A DNA stretch of 64,000 nt from the NCBI GenBank assembly GCA_002269645.1, contig NIVC01001862.1:124001-188000 (forward strand). Reading direction: 5' to 3'. This document shows, one piece after another, positions 10,548 to 26,879 of this stretch. The translations under genes and the position numbers were made by a program. This stretch comes from Macrostomum lignano (Eukaryota). The notes below the pieces were generated by a model, which saw nothing but the letters and a program-made list of their open reading frames with translations, was not told the DNA's origin and ran no database searches. The stretch's first letter is position 1. Each line of letters opens with the position of its first letter.

Positions 10548-12504
10548 ATGACCAACGATTATCGATCGGTTCGATTCCACCTGAGCTATCCGCGACAGGC
10601 CAGCGTGCTGAGCTGGGAGGAGTGCGCCTGCTTAGCCCGGAGCTTGGGCTATCGCGACAACTCGCTGGAGCAGTGCTACCGTCAGGCCATTGATGCCAAG
10701 TACGCTACCGAAGGCTTTCAACTGTCGCAGTTGGACGCCTTCGTTGGCAGCAAGTTCTTCAAGTCCGGCTTCGATTTTTCTTTCAACAGTCACTCGTGCG
10801 AGTGGAATGAGCAGGTTGTGCGCCGAGCAGTCGCTGTGACGGCCGGCAAAGGCATGACCTTCCAGCAGCTGTACACCACCAGGATCGCCTACGGCCTGTA
10901 CGAGAGCTCGGACCTGCGCGGGCTCAAAGCGAAGCCGCGCACCGTCATGCGAGCATTGAAAGCCTGCGGTCGAGCGATATCGTTAGGCAAGATGGCCCAT
11001 CGAGTCCGACACATGAAGTTTCACGAGCCCGGCCGCCTGCAGCTCGACGAGTTTATCGACTTGGCGCTGTGGGCCGGTCCGCTCGACAGGGAGGAAGCTC
11101 GGTGTACCCTCCGACCGGCGGAGGGCCGTCACGAGATGGTGAGCTTCGAGGAGATGCTAACGCCGATGGACACTCGGATTCAGCGCCGTCTAGACTCGGA
11201 GTATCGTCAAGAGGAGCGACAGTACGTGCGCGAGACTGTGCGTCCTGCGGAGACTCGACTTTGTCAGTGCGCGGTGCAGGCTTACAGAGACAAACGGCTG
11301 GAGCGAAGTCGGCAGGCCCGAACGAGCTTCGAAACGCTGCGTCGGGCACTCAGAGAGTCTGCAGGCGGAGCCGGGGCGAGATCATCGAGAGCCACGTTGA
11401 GAGCAGCGTCAGCAGCCGCGGCTGGTCGACGCGAGTCGGCCTACTGGACCGACAGTACGGACAATGAGGACGAACTGGGGACAGGCAATGAGGAGAATGC
11501 AGATTCCAGGTAAATATTGATTTTGATACCTCAAGGTCACACCTTTTTGGTATTGTAAACTCTTACAAACTCCTCCTAAGGACCGTCTAAAAACCATCTA
11601 ACCCAGGTGTGCGAATGAAACCGACGTACAGGAAACCGTCAGTTTCTCATCGAAGTCGATGAGCTGTGCGAAGCAACGTCCAGCCACCAGCTGCTCTCTG
11701 ATCCGATCCACGCCGGCCCTGGTGACAGACTCTGACCTCTCTCAGACGGAGCTTCTACGCGACGCCCTCGCGTTTCAGACTGAGGCGCTGCCGGAGCTGC
11801 ACTCTCGTCAAATCGCTGAAAACATGCAGACCCTGCGGCCGGGCTTTGAGCAACGGCATGCCAAACGTCTGGCGGAAGCGTCCGCAACTGCTGAAGAGCA
11901 GCGAAAAGCTGCTGAGGCGCAGCGTCGAGCTGCCAGAGCGTCTGCAGCGAGACAAGCGCGCCAAGATCGACGCCAGCAGCGTCTGGATCGAATGGCGGAG
12001 CTGGCGATTCGGCAGGAACCCGAGCAGCTGCCCAGTCACGGCCGTGCGTGCGACGCCACCGATCGGTCAGCAGCCTCGAAGGGCGGCCGGCTGACCTCCG
12101 CACACTACGAGGCCTCCTACCAAGGCCGACTGTTGCAGCAGCTGAGCGAAGCCGACGCCAGGCAAGTGCGTCGAGTTCGAGGTCAGCGCGTTGGCAGCAG
12201 CGTCGGAGTCCGAACTGGACAGCCGCAGCGGAAGCCGCGCCCCGAAACAGCGCCAGCATGGCCGGTAAAAAAACCAATGGTGGACGATGAAAACGAGGAG
12301 CAGTGGTTGGAACCTCGGCTGGGGCTGGTCCTGCCGCTAAGGGGACCCGCCTGTCGCCTGTCTCGCCTGAGCTACTCCCGGTCGTGTCCTCCGCGAGAGC
12401 ATCCGGTGGGTATCAGCGAGAATTTAACCACAACCAACACCTCAGATGAGGAGTTAGCTTCCACCGTGGATCTGATACAGCGAGTTGTTTATGCGAAAGC
12501 TTGA
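10548..12504 (+). CDS. Hypothetical protein with a degenerate EF-hand-like region and coiled coil. Exons 10548-11509, 11607-12504
   Basis: A 97-nt phase-2 intron (CAG|GTAAAT ... CTAACCCAG|G) joins ORFs 10548 and 11659 in frame. The segment VMRALKACGR...GRLQLDEFIDL resembles a calmodulin-like helix-loop-helix. Confidence 0.7.
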
Positions 12505-12730
12505 ATCGGACGCTAAATAGTTCTGCATGTATGAATTTAAAATAAATTAGATTAATCAAATGCTCTAGATAAAATTTATATGCCTGAACATTCGGTAGTG
12601 GCTTGTCACGAGTAGACCCTCCATCGTTGGTCTTTTAAGTTTATTTTTCTGAGACTGAACTTCATGTCTTTATTAGTATATTAGAAAGTTAATTTCTCAG
12701 TAATCGTTGCGTGAAGTTCAGAAGGTTCTC

Positions 12731-13412
12731 TTAGTTGAGGCTGTACTTGACCCAATCGGCGCTCGTCTCGATTTCTTCTTGCACCTGAGCGTCGGTGAAC
12801 AGCAGTAGGCGGCAGGTGCGCAGCTTGCTGTTGTACAGCACCTGCTTGCTGTTGCCGGCCTGCATGGCGGCTGCCACGCAGTGCATGGCATTCACCTGGC
12901 TCAGGTCCTTAAAGCAGTACTTCCAGCTTGGATTGTAGCTGGTTCGTTTGAATGCAGTCTTTGTCCAGCTGGCACCGCCAGTAAGCTTCGTTGGAGCGGC
13001 GAACTCACAGATAAATCCATTGTTGTTTGAGCAGTGTTTGTCCTTAAACAACAGGTTGCTCCCACTGGCCAGCACACAGTCCTGGTTGCCATTGTTGTTC
13101 GGGAAATTACTTTCCCACAGGGCACTATCCGTAGGTAGGATTCCGTTACGGTTGATCAGTTGCCATTGCGACTGGCTTGTGACTCTCTCGTCAGCGAGGT
13201 CGGGTACCCCAAGCCAGAACGGGCAGCTGCAGTTGAGACTGCGATCGAAGCGCAGTGGTGATTGGCCGCGCACCAGCTGTGTAGTTCTGCCTGATATCGA
13301 CAAACACGCACTTCTCAGCCTCAATGTGGAACGGACTCGGGCACGGCCCGGCCGCTGACGCCTGCTGAGTGAACAGCACTAGCAGAATAGGCGAGGCCCA
13401 GAGCAGGAACAT
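12731..13412 (-). pseudogene. Secreted C-type lectin + PAN/apple-like domain gene, frameshifted (pseudogene or assembly error)
   Basis: Signal peptide MFLLWASPILLVLF. CTLD motifs CPFWLG, WESNFPNN, DCV and FICE, followed by a PAN-like tail (HC...YN...TCRL). The N- and C-terminal parts lie in different frames across about 13245-13286. Confidence 0.7.
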
Positions 13413-13849
13413 TTTTATGAGGAAAGATTGTTAAGCCTAAGACTGAACGAGATGGTTGAGAAACAGTTCCTGAGCCCCATCTTTACATATATACTTTGTA
13501 GTAGAATGCACCGCTTAGAATAGCGTTGAAGCAAAAAAGTTAGTAATTGCCTCACTATAGACTTGCTAGTTAAGTCGCTGAAGCAGAACTCAATGCGCAG
13601 CCAATGCGCTTTTGTATCGCGTCCCAGCTTGAAGGTTGTGGGGCTTCTCAGGAAATTGTCGGGTTTTTCTTCGCTTAATTGCATCCATTATTTCCGCAAT
13701 AGTTCCGGGAAGAACTCCACCACTTCAATAATGCATGAGCGACGGTTGAGGCAAAAATTCCATGCGGGCCACCTGCTGGCAGGGCCTTTTCAAAAAAGTT
13801 GTTTGGTAGAAACAGGGAATCACTATTTTTATGAGAACAAGGCTAACAT

Positions 13850-13990
13850 CTTAGTGTCTCTCTGTCTGTTTGTCTTAGTGTCTTAGTGTCTGTCTTTCTT
13901 AGTGTCTGTCTGTCTGTCTTTCTGTCTGTCTTTCTGTCTGTCTGTCTGTCTGTCTTTCTGTCTGTCTGTCTGTCTGTTTGTTTGTTTGTT

Positions 13991-14037
<47 letters not shown>

Positions 14038-14172
14038 ATCTGTCTGTCTGTCTGTCTGTCTGTCTGTCGGTCTTTCTTAGTGTCTTTCTGTGTGTCTGTC
14101 TGTCTGTCTGTCTGTGTCTGTCTGTCTTTCTTAGTGTCTGTCTGTCTGTATTTCATAGTGTCTGTCTGTCTG

Positions 14173-14221
<49 letters not shown>

Positions 14222-14316
14222 TTCTTTCTTAGTGTCTGTCTGTCTGTCTGTCTGTCTGTGTCTGTCTGTCTGTCTGTCTGTCGGTCTTTCTTAGTATCTG
14301 TCTGTCTGTCTGTCTG

Positions 14317-14353
<37 letters not shown>

Positions 14354-14545
14354 GCCTGTCTTTCTTAGTGTCTGTCTGCCTGTCTGTGTGTGTGTGTGTG
14401 TCTGTCTGTCTGTTTTAGTGTCTGTCTTAGTGTCTGTCTGCCTGTCTGTGTGTGTGTGTGTGTCTGTCTGTCTGTCTGTCTTAGTGTCTGCCTGTCTGTG
14501 TGTGTGTGTCTGTCTTTCTGTCTGTCTTAGTATCTGCCTGTGTCT
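13850..14545. repeat. (TCTG)n microsatellite with TTAG, TTTG and TG variants
   Basis: Read directly. Confidence 0.97.
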
Positions 14546-15229
14546 GCCGAGATTGACTTAAAATGAAGCTACCAGAAAGCCAAACTGTTTAAGCCGTTTT
14601 CTTGGCAAAAGAACAGTCGTATATTTTATCCGACTAATTCTAGTAACAAGGTTTGGTATTTTTAAAAGCGAACAAGAATGACTGATAGCCACCTTTGATT
14701 ATTCAATTATGCATTGCCAAAAGTGAACAGTATTTTATAAACATTATTTGCCAACAACTTATCGAAATTTTCCTGAAAAAAAGTTACCCTAATTTGTCTG
14801 CGCATCAAAAATCCGGGAGAAAGGCTCATAATTATATTTATTATTGGTAAGCTTATAACAGAGAGAAATAATGAAAAAAATTCGCGGTTGCTGCCCTGCA
14901 CATGTATCGTGATTCAAGATAAAAATGGGACTTGCAAATTGAGAGTAAATAGCTATAAAAGTTGGGTTCAAAATTCAAGCAAAGAACTAGATGTTTTAAA
15001 GAAGTATACTTCTGTACTAAGATCCTAACTCGACACTCGCTCCCAAGAGGCCCTGGGTTCGATTCTGCATTGATTTAAGGAGAGTTCGCGAATGAAACTC
15101 AGACTGGAACTTCTCTATGTGCCATGATGAAGAGTTAGGGCTGCTGTCCACTCGAAGATAAAATTGGAAAACAAACATTCGCTGGGCTCCCTGGCAGGTG
15201 AGCAGGTACCTATTGACTGCTGGCCGACT

Positions 15230-19311
<4,082 letters not shown>

Positions 19312-20299
19312 TTTTATGACACGTCCAATTTAGAATCGAAGTTAACTTTTATTAATTTTCAGTTGGTAATGAATGAATTGGCGATATCTGCACTGGGAAC
19401 TGGGCCGAAAGCAAAAGCAAAGTGTTAGCTAAAGGAAGAAGTAAGCTGAGGCTGAAGCTTGGCGTTGGTTGGGGGTTGAAGCCAAGTGAAGTAGGTGTTT
19501 CTAGCAAATTTGCGCGCGTGGTCCCGTTCCCCGTCCGGCTGTTCATTCCGAAAACAGAGTGAGTCAGCTAAGCAATGGGTTGGTGCCGAGGGAAAGGAGA
19601 TGTGTGGGCGGCAGACAGGAGGTTGGGGGCGGACGGCCCTGGAGGGAGGGTCAAACAGGAGACCTCACGAGAGCCTAAGAGGATGACGAAGCAGCCGTCC
19701 CCCCGTCGAGGGTCTGCCAAAGAATCTCGGCTCTCCCCTTCCCTGCTTCCCCGTTCTCGTCAACCAAACTTGGAGGGCTCCCTCGCCTCTCCCATGTTTC
19801 ATGGAGTGCTAAAGAAAAGCGAAATTTTATGGAGCAAAGTGTCTTATATGGGCGCTAAAAATTTCTATAGAAGACTTTTCTATTTTTCGAAGAAGATTTT
19901 TAGAAGATTTTTCTACAGAATCATTGGTCAACTGTCTGTAATCCAGATGTTACGTTTCTCTAGTATTCCACGACCGATCTGGGGACTGGACCAGATAAAT
20001 CGTCAAATCGAATCCACTAAAATCCTGCTGTCACATCCAGCGCACATTGGCTTTCAGTTCCCTTCTGCCCCAGCAGCCCAGTTGTACATGCAGGGTGCTC
20101 GGCGTGGGGTGGCTGCCGAGCGATCGATTAAAGAGCTTCAATGCGTCGAGGGACAGAGATAGCCTTCCAGCCCGAAAATTGAATTGCATAACAGAAATTA
20201 TTTTCTAAGGCACCACTTTTGCCCCATAATTTCTCGGTGCTTTTGACTATACTTCTGTTTGCTCGTGCTAACTTCCATTAACTTTTACATCTACTTGCT

Positions 20300-21320
20300 T
20301 CTGTTCACTCCTGTTCACTCCTGTTCACTCCTGTTCACTCCTGTTCACTCCTGTTCACTCCTGTTCACTCCTGTTCACTCTTGTTCACTTCTGGTCACTC
20401 TTGTTCACTTCTGGTCACTCCTGTTCACTCCTGTTCACTCATGTTCACTCCTGTTCACTCCTGTTCACTCATGTTCACTCCTGTTCACTCGTGTTCACTC
20501 CTGTTCACTCCTGTTCACACTCCTGTTCACTCCTGTTCACTCCTGTTCACTCCTGTTCACTCCTGTTCACTCCTGTTCACTCCTGTTCACTCCTGTTCAC
20601 TTCTGTTCACTCCTGTTCACTCCTGTTCACTTCTATTCACTCCTGTTCACTCCTGTTTACACTTCTGTTCACTTCTGTTCACTCCTGTTCACTCCTGTTC
20701 ACTCCTGTTCACTCCTGTTCACTCCTGTTCACTCCTGTTCACACTCCTGTTCACTCCTGTTCACTCCTGTTCACACTCCTGTTCACTCCTGTTCACTCCT
20801 GTTCACTCCTGTTCACACTCCTGATCACTCCTGTTCACTCATGTTCACACTCCTGTTCACTCTTGCTCATACTTCTGTTAACACTCCTGTTCACACTTCT
20901 GTTAACACTCCTGCTCACACTTCTGTTAACACTCCTGTTCACACTTCTGTTAACACTCCTGCTCACACTTCTGTTAACACTCCTGTTCACACTTCTGTTA
21001 ACACTCCTGTTCACTCTTGCTCACACTTCTGCTAACACTCCTGTACACTCCTGTTCACTCGTGTTCACTCGTGTTCACTCTTGTTCACTTCTGGTCACTC
21101 GTGTTCACTCCTGTTCACTCCTGTTCACTCATGTTCACTCCTGTTCACTCCTGTTCACTCCTGTTCACTCCTGTTCACTCCTGTTCACTCTTGTTCACTT
21201 CTGGTCACTCTTGTTCACTTCTGGTCACTCGTGTTCACTCCTGTTCACTCCTGTTCACTCCTGTTCACTCCTGCTCACTCTGGTTTATTCCTGTTCACTC
21301 CTGTTCACTCCTGTTCTCTC
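20300..21320. repeat. 10-bp minisatellite (TTCACTCCTG)n with variants
   Basis: Read directly. It explains ORFs 20259-21437. Confidence 0.97.
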
Positions 21321-21737
21321 CTGTTATTAGCCTACTCTAACCAAGACAGATCGGAGAGTACTTTATTGAGTACCTACTTTATAAAGGCAAGAAAACCTCT
21401 GCTCAAAGTTTGCCCTCAAATTCAACCCTCGCCCTAAGCAACCACATAATAGTTGTTCTTAACGAGTTTAAAATCAGAGCGCAACAATTCGCGTTAATTG
21501 ACGTTTAGCGTGACAATCAGCTAATTGGAAATTAGAACGCAAAATACACCATCAAGCAGAGCAAACAGCGTCAAGATTCTGATAAGCCAAACGGGGCTCC
21601 TAAACTAGACAGGGAATGCTCGCCCTATCAGCTGAGGAACATTACTAAAGTAAATGCGCGCGCCATTTGCAATCCAAATTGTTCGGCAGACCAGAAACTA
21701 ATAACCTTAATCGATAACTATTGCTGCGGAAAGCAGA

Positions 21738-23411
21738 ATGAATTCTGTAGGTCAGCTTGTAGCGCAGGCCCTTGAGAGAACCAACGCTCACGCGCTAGCC
21801 CGTCTAGTCACTGAAAAGCGGCTGTACACGAGAGTCCTGTGGCTGGTTGCCTGGCTGATCTGCTGTGGCTTCTTCATCCGCCAGCTGGTCGGCTTCATTA
21901 TCCGTCTCCAGGCGAATGACGTCACTACAAACCTTCGAGTCGACGAGGTGCCGTTCCAGTACCCGGATCTGTACTTTTGCTTCGACAACCCCATGTCCGG
22001 CAGCCGGCACTTGGAGGTGAGCCCGGAGTTTGCTGCGCTGGTCAACTGGACGCTACAGTCAGCGAAAGCGACCACGGAGAGCTGGTGCAGTCAGCTGCCC
22101 GAGGAGTACTGCGACGCGATCAAGTTGGACTCAGCTGAGCTGCGGCTGAACTCGCTGCCTTACAATCGGCTAGTGAACGAATTGGGCCATATAAAAGAGC
22201 AGTCGATCATAGTGGCGACCCTAGCGAGAACCAACGGACTAGACTATTACCAAATGCTGCTGGAAGGAAAGCCGTTTTATCATCCGAAGCATCTCCGTTG
22301 CTTCAAGATTTCGCTAAATGTCACGCAGCGAGAAGTTATGCGAATCGCTGGACCAGACGACGTCTTGTACATCATGGCAATGATGGACGCTCCAGACTTA
22401 CGAATGGGCCGTCCAATTCTACCAGTTGTCAGCAACGAGTTTGGAAACTTCACCGCACCCTACTGGGCGTTGGACAGAGTTAGCCTGTCCTCAAAGGTCC
22501 GCAGCTCGACCATTCGAGTCTACATCACCAGTCCCGGTCACTATCCGACCGACTTCGACGAATCAATGGTACTCGAGAGCGGTCGCAGCTACAGCATCCA
22601 GCTCGAGATGGAGGAGCAGGTGCACAGCGAAGACCCAAATCGATGCGTCGAGAGCCACCCGAGCGTGAATATTGTGAACCCGTTCGACAACTCTGCGTAC
22701 CCGGTGGTCTACAACTACGGCTACTGCTACCTGAGTGCGATGCAGGCCCAGTTCAGGCGAGTGCTCAATGCCTCGTTGGGGTACCTCCCGCAGCCGTGGC
22801 CACCCTCCGACCGCTTGCTGTTTAACCTCAGCAGCCGTTGGGGCCAAAGCACGGAGGACATTAAAAACTACTTGGAGAAGAAATCAGAGTTAAAAATCGA
22901 AGAACCATTTGAACGTTGCGTCAACTTACGTCCTTGCACTGAACAGATTTACACAGCAACTGTTCGAAGCACTCTTTGGCTTGTCGAGAGCATCATTGAC
23001 GACTTGGAAGGCTTGTTGATTTATTCCCAAAACAGGTCAGACTGTACCATGACTGCGTTAAAGTACTTAGAGAAAATTTTTGCTACTAAAAACTACAGTC
23101 GAGAGCTGGCAGACTACCTCCGGGCCAACATGCTGCAGATGCAGATCGCCGTTGAGAAGTCTAGATCGAACCGGATCATCTTCACTCGAGCTTACAGCTT
23201 GGAGAGCTTCGTGGCCGACTTGGGCGGAATTCTGGGCATCTACCTGGGCATGTCCGTGCTCACCGCCTGCGAGATTGTCCAGTTCCTGCACGACCTGGTC
23301 ATTTTCTGCTTGGGAAAGTCAAAGGTCGAAGAGAAGAAAAAGCAGAAGGAATCAAAGGAGATGGAAATTGTCAGTACATTTGACAGCTTGAGTGCTTTTA
23401 GTTCGTCTTGA
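21738..23411 (+). CDS. Intronless DEG/ENaC (ASIC/FaNaC-like) sodium channel subunit, 557 aa
   Basis: TM1 RVLWLVAWLICCGFFIRQL, FPDLYFC, and pre-TM2/TM2 SLESFVADLGGILGIYLGMSVLTACEIV with the GxS filter. Confidence 0.93.
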   Translation: MNSVGQLVAQALERTNAHALARLVTEKRLYTRVLWLVAWLICCGFFIRQLVGFIIRLQANDVTTNLRVDEVPFQYPDLYFCFDNPMSGSRHLEVSPEFAALVNWTLQSAKATTESWCSQLPEEYCDAIKLDSAELRLNSLPYNRLVNELGHIKEQSIIVATLARTNGLDYYQMLLEGKPFYHPKHLRCFKISLNVTQREVMRIAGPDDVLYIMAMMDAPDLRMGRPILPVVSNEFGNFTAPYWALDRVSLSSKVRSSTIRVYITSPGHYPTDFDESMVLESGRSYSIQLEMEEQVHSEDPNRCVESHPSVNIVNPFDNSAYPVVYNYGYCYLSAMQAQFRRVLNASLGYLPQPWPPSDRLLFNLSSRWGQSTEDIKNYLEKKSELKIEEPFERCVNLRPCTEQIYTATVRSTLWLVESIIDDLEGLLIYSQNRSDCTMTALKYLEKIFATKNYSRELADYLRANMLQMQIAVEKSRSNRIIFTRAYSLESFVADLGGILGIYLGMSVLTACEIVQFLHDLVIFCLGKSKVEEKKKQKESKEMEIVSTFDSLSAFSSS

Positions 23412-24205
23412 TTTCATTGCACTTGTCATGGGGGCGCTGGACTTGATTTTCTAAGAATTGTTTAAGTAGTTAAGTAAGTATGCTCTTAAATGCGCTTATT
23501 AGTGAGTAGTAAGTAGTGAGTAATATCCTCAAAAAATTTTAACTAATCTGAAGACAGATCCGGAAAATTTCTTGAATTTAATTTCTTCGGTTTGGTATAA
23601 TGCTTTTTGTATTCGTACTACTACGCCTCTTAGTAACTGCAACAACAAAAAACATTTTTGCAGACGAGTTACATTAGCTTTTTCATAGCGCTGAATAGGA
23701 GCTATTGACAACTTCGCGGAACAAGAGGAATTTCTTCGGAACTCTGCTTGCTCACCGGTCTTCGGTAGAATTTCATGAAAATTGCCTTACAAACTTGTGG
23801 GTGCATTGTCGAACGAAACGTGATTTTGTGAACTATTTTTACAACGAAAATCAGCCTCCTTTAAGATTTGCAAGAGCTGTGAGTGTACCTAGGAGCCTCC
23901 TGCTTGGGGTGTCCAAAATTGAAGTCTCATTGCTTAAACGGGTAAACGAAAGACTATTATTAATTTGAACAAAAGCCACCATACCGAAGAAAGCGTTATT
24001 CATTCATGTCAAGTGAATCCAGGGAAGAATAGCAAAGACAGGTGTCTATCTATTGTTGCAATTTTTAAAGCAATGCCCCAAGCCAATCCCCCCAAGACGG
24101 GAAAAATAATCTTCCAGAATAAAAAGACTGACTCAACTCTCTGCTCAAAGCCAGATAAAATTTGCTAGGTCACCAAAAACTTGCAAAAAGCAGACAAAAA
24201 GAACC

Positions 24206-26158
24206 ATGAACGGCGCCAGCAAGAACCAAAGCCGCAGAAGGCGAAGGCTTCTATGGACAATTCTAAGAGTTCTCGGTTGGTCCGTGCTGGGAGCTGTCTG
24301 GTCTTACTGGCTAGTCGGCTCGTTGAAGTTGATGCACCAGACTGCAGATCCTGGACCGTCAACAACAAGGGAGCCCGACGAAGCCCAAGGCTGGCGACTC
24401 TATCAGTTCAACGAGTCAGCAAGTCGGCTGATTAGCCCCGATCGCGATATCGGAGATCCCAGATCCCAAGCGTGTCGATTAGCCGCTGACAGTGACAATG
24501 ACGTCATAATGCCTCAAGCCTCTGTAATAATCTGCTTTCACAACGAAGCCTGGAGTGTACTGCTCAGAACTGTACACTCGGTGCTCAACAGGTCGCCGAG
24601 AGAATCAGTTGCCGAGATCCTTCTAGTAGACGACGCTTCGACATTGGAACATCTGGGAAAGCCGCTTGAAGTACAGCTTAAGAAAGAGAGGTTTTCAGTT
24701 ACTGATTGTTTTCATTGAACGCCCTACTGTGTTCGTGCTTTTACACTTTACAGTGCACGAAAATTATTGTTCTGCGATTTGAGCGCCTTTAGAACCAACC
24801 CTCATGCACGGAATTGCAGAAAGCCAGAGATCGATGTTAGGGTTTGGTTAGTTTAAGTCTATAAAGGTAAAGGTTTAGATACGGACTTAAGTACCTAGGT
24901 AGGTAGCGGCTTATGTTAGGGCTTAATGACAATAATAATTTATTACACCTGTCCTAATGGGCAGATGTGCAACCGACAGCTCAGCCGCGGCTGAATTGCG
25001 CGGCGCATCTGAAAGCTGCGTACGGCTGTTCAGTCCAAGGACTGGAGGGGGGGTCGCCACTCCAATCCCCATTTACCCCAGCTAATGCTGGCACCCATTT
25101 TACAGCTGGGTGAACTCAAGCAATGCAGAGTTATGCGTCTTGCTCAAGGACACAAAATATTCCGAATGGGTCGAGAGTCGAAACCCCGACCTTTCAGTCG
25201 TGAGTCTGACGCTATAACCACTACGAGAGTAGGCTACAACCCCTCGGGTTGGGCTTAGGGGTTAAATTAGGGTTAAAATTTCGGTTGGGGTTTAAAGCCA
25301 ACAAGGGAGTCAATTGCTGATTAGTGTCATGAAAGTGTCTGGAAGTCAAATAAATGCTCGGCTGCCAAATTGGGGCAATAAAATGTCACGGCACCTTGCA
25401 GGTACGGCGGTAACGTTCGCGTAATGCGCACCGGCACTCGTCAAGGTCTCATCCGGGCTCGTCTTCTGGGCGCTCGCGCCGCCAAAGCCGCTGCTCTGGT
25501 GTTCCTGGACTCGCATTGCGAGTGCGCACCTGGCTGGCTGTCGCCTCTGCTACGCCGACTCGCCGTCAAACCTCTCGCCGTGGTGACCCCAGTCATTGCC
25601 ACCATCGACGACAAGACATTTGAGTTCAGGCCTCCGCCTCGAACGTTCTTTTTAATCGGCGGTTTCGACTGGACATTGCAGTTTGTCTGGCGACGGCTGA
25701 GACCGAGGCCACCGCTGAACAGCACCGAGCCGGTGGCCAGTCCCACCATGGCTGGCGGCCTGTTTGCCATCATGCGAGCCAATTTCTACCGCCTAGGCGG
25801 CTATGATCCCGGATTCAACGTCTGGGGCGCCGAGAATCTCGAGCTAAGCTTCAAAGCCTGGATGTGCGGCGGCAGAGTAGAGAACCACCCCTGCTCAATA
25901 GTTGGTCACGTGTTTCGGCACAAGTTTCCGTACAGCTTCGGCAATAACGGAGGCGATACGTTTCGTAGGAATACGGCTAGACTAGCTCGGGTGTGGATGG
26001 ACGGCTACGCAAGGATGCACTACCGACAAGGCGGGCCTCCACCGGCTGATATTGGCGACGTGTCTGACAGAGTAGCCCTGCGACAGCGGCTGCGATGTCA
26101 CAGTTTTGATTGGTACGTGCGGACAGTCTATCGTCCGGAGCCGAGGAGTACGCGTTGA
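24206..26158 (+). CDS. GALNT: Polypeptide N-acetylgalactosaminyltransferase (GT27). Exons 24206-24690, 25402-26158
   Basis: Type II TM anchor and motifs ASVIICFHNEAWSVLLRTVHSV, EILLVDDAS, GLIRARL, FLDSHCEC, PTMAGGLFAI, WGAENLELSFKAWMCGG and CSIVGHVFR. A phase-2 intron (AG|GTTTTC ... TTGCAG|G) restores the frame. Confidence 0.92.
24931..25245 (-). mobile_element. tRNA-derived SINE with CORE-like central domain (copy A, in the GALNT intron)
   Basis: The minus strand has A-box-like TAGTGGTTATAGCG, B-box-like GGTTTCGACTC, CORE-like GTGTCCTTGAGCAAGAC...CCCAGCTGTAAAATGGG and an (ATT)n tail. Near-identical to the copies at 56.3 kb and 62.5 kb. Possible TSD GGGCTTA. Confidence 0.88.
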
Positions 26159-26879
26159 TAAGGCAAACTAATGACTACCGTATATTGAAATCATACTTGA
26201 TGCTTTGTAGCCCACAGAGATGAATAGTGAGGACAAGGAAGACGGGAAAACTAGAAAGGCCAAAGAAAGGTCGGCCATTGGCAGACAGGCGATTCTCAAG
26301 TTTTTGGAGTTGTTCTTTAAGTCCTTTCAAGAGTATTCGCATGATTGTGACTTGGTAAGATGATTACTTCACGTAGGCCCACGTTAAAGAGTAACATTTT
26401 AACACACTCTTATACTGCTTAAGTAAGTTTGGCGTACGATTATTACTTTAATAGATTAAGTAAAGTACACAAAGTGAAGGAACTTTATGAAAAGTTTGTA
26501 ATCAAATTATAAAAGTTTGAGGACTGCAAAAACTGGTTTTGGCATTTTGTATTTAATACTCGTACATGTTAAAACAAAATTAGATAGTTTGAAATGCAAC
26601 GAACTATGGTCATTGTCTGTCAGGTTTAGAATATTTGAAAAAAAACTACAAATATCGTAGATTCTGCACTGCATTCAGAATATTTAATTTCTATGAAAAA
26701 CTTTCAATTGAAAAAACCAATTCAACTATAAAAGATTGGAACACATCAAAACATCTGCTGCTAAATATATACTTCAAAATTATGATGCGAAATTATTGAA
26801 ATGCACTTTACAGACGAGACTTAGGAAAACTCTTGATTTCAAAGCACAAAATTATTGGGCTTCAGAAGCCTTATCAGTA

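Noticed and set aside
19575-20162. 195-aa ORF upstream of the TRP-like gene
   Set aside because: No recognisable domain, patchy composition, and no convincing splice structure.
20259-21437. HSCSLLFTPV-repeat ORFs
   Set aside because: Translation of a 10-bp minisatellite.
26211-26354. Exon-like segment (TTTGTAG|...|GTAAG) after the GALNT stop, as a possible lectin exon
   Set aside because: Joining from the candidate phase-1 donor hits a stop within four codons, and the open frame has no ricin QxW motifs.
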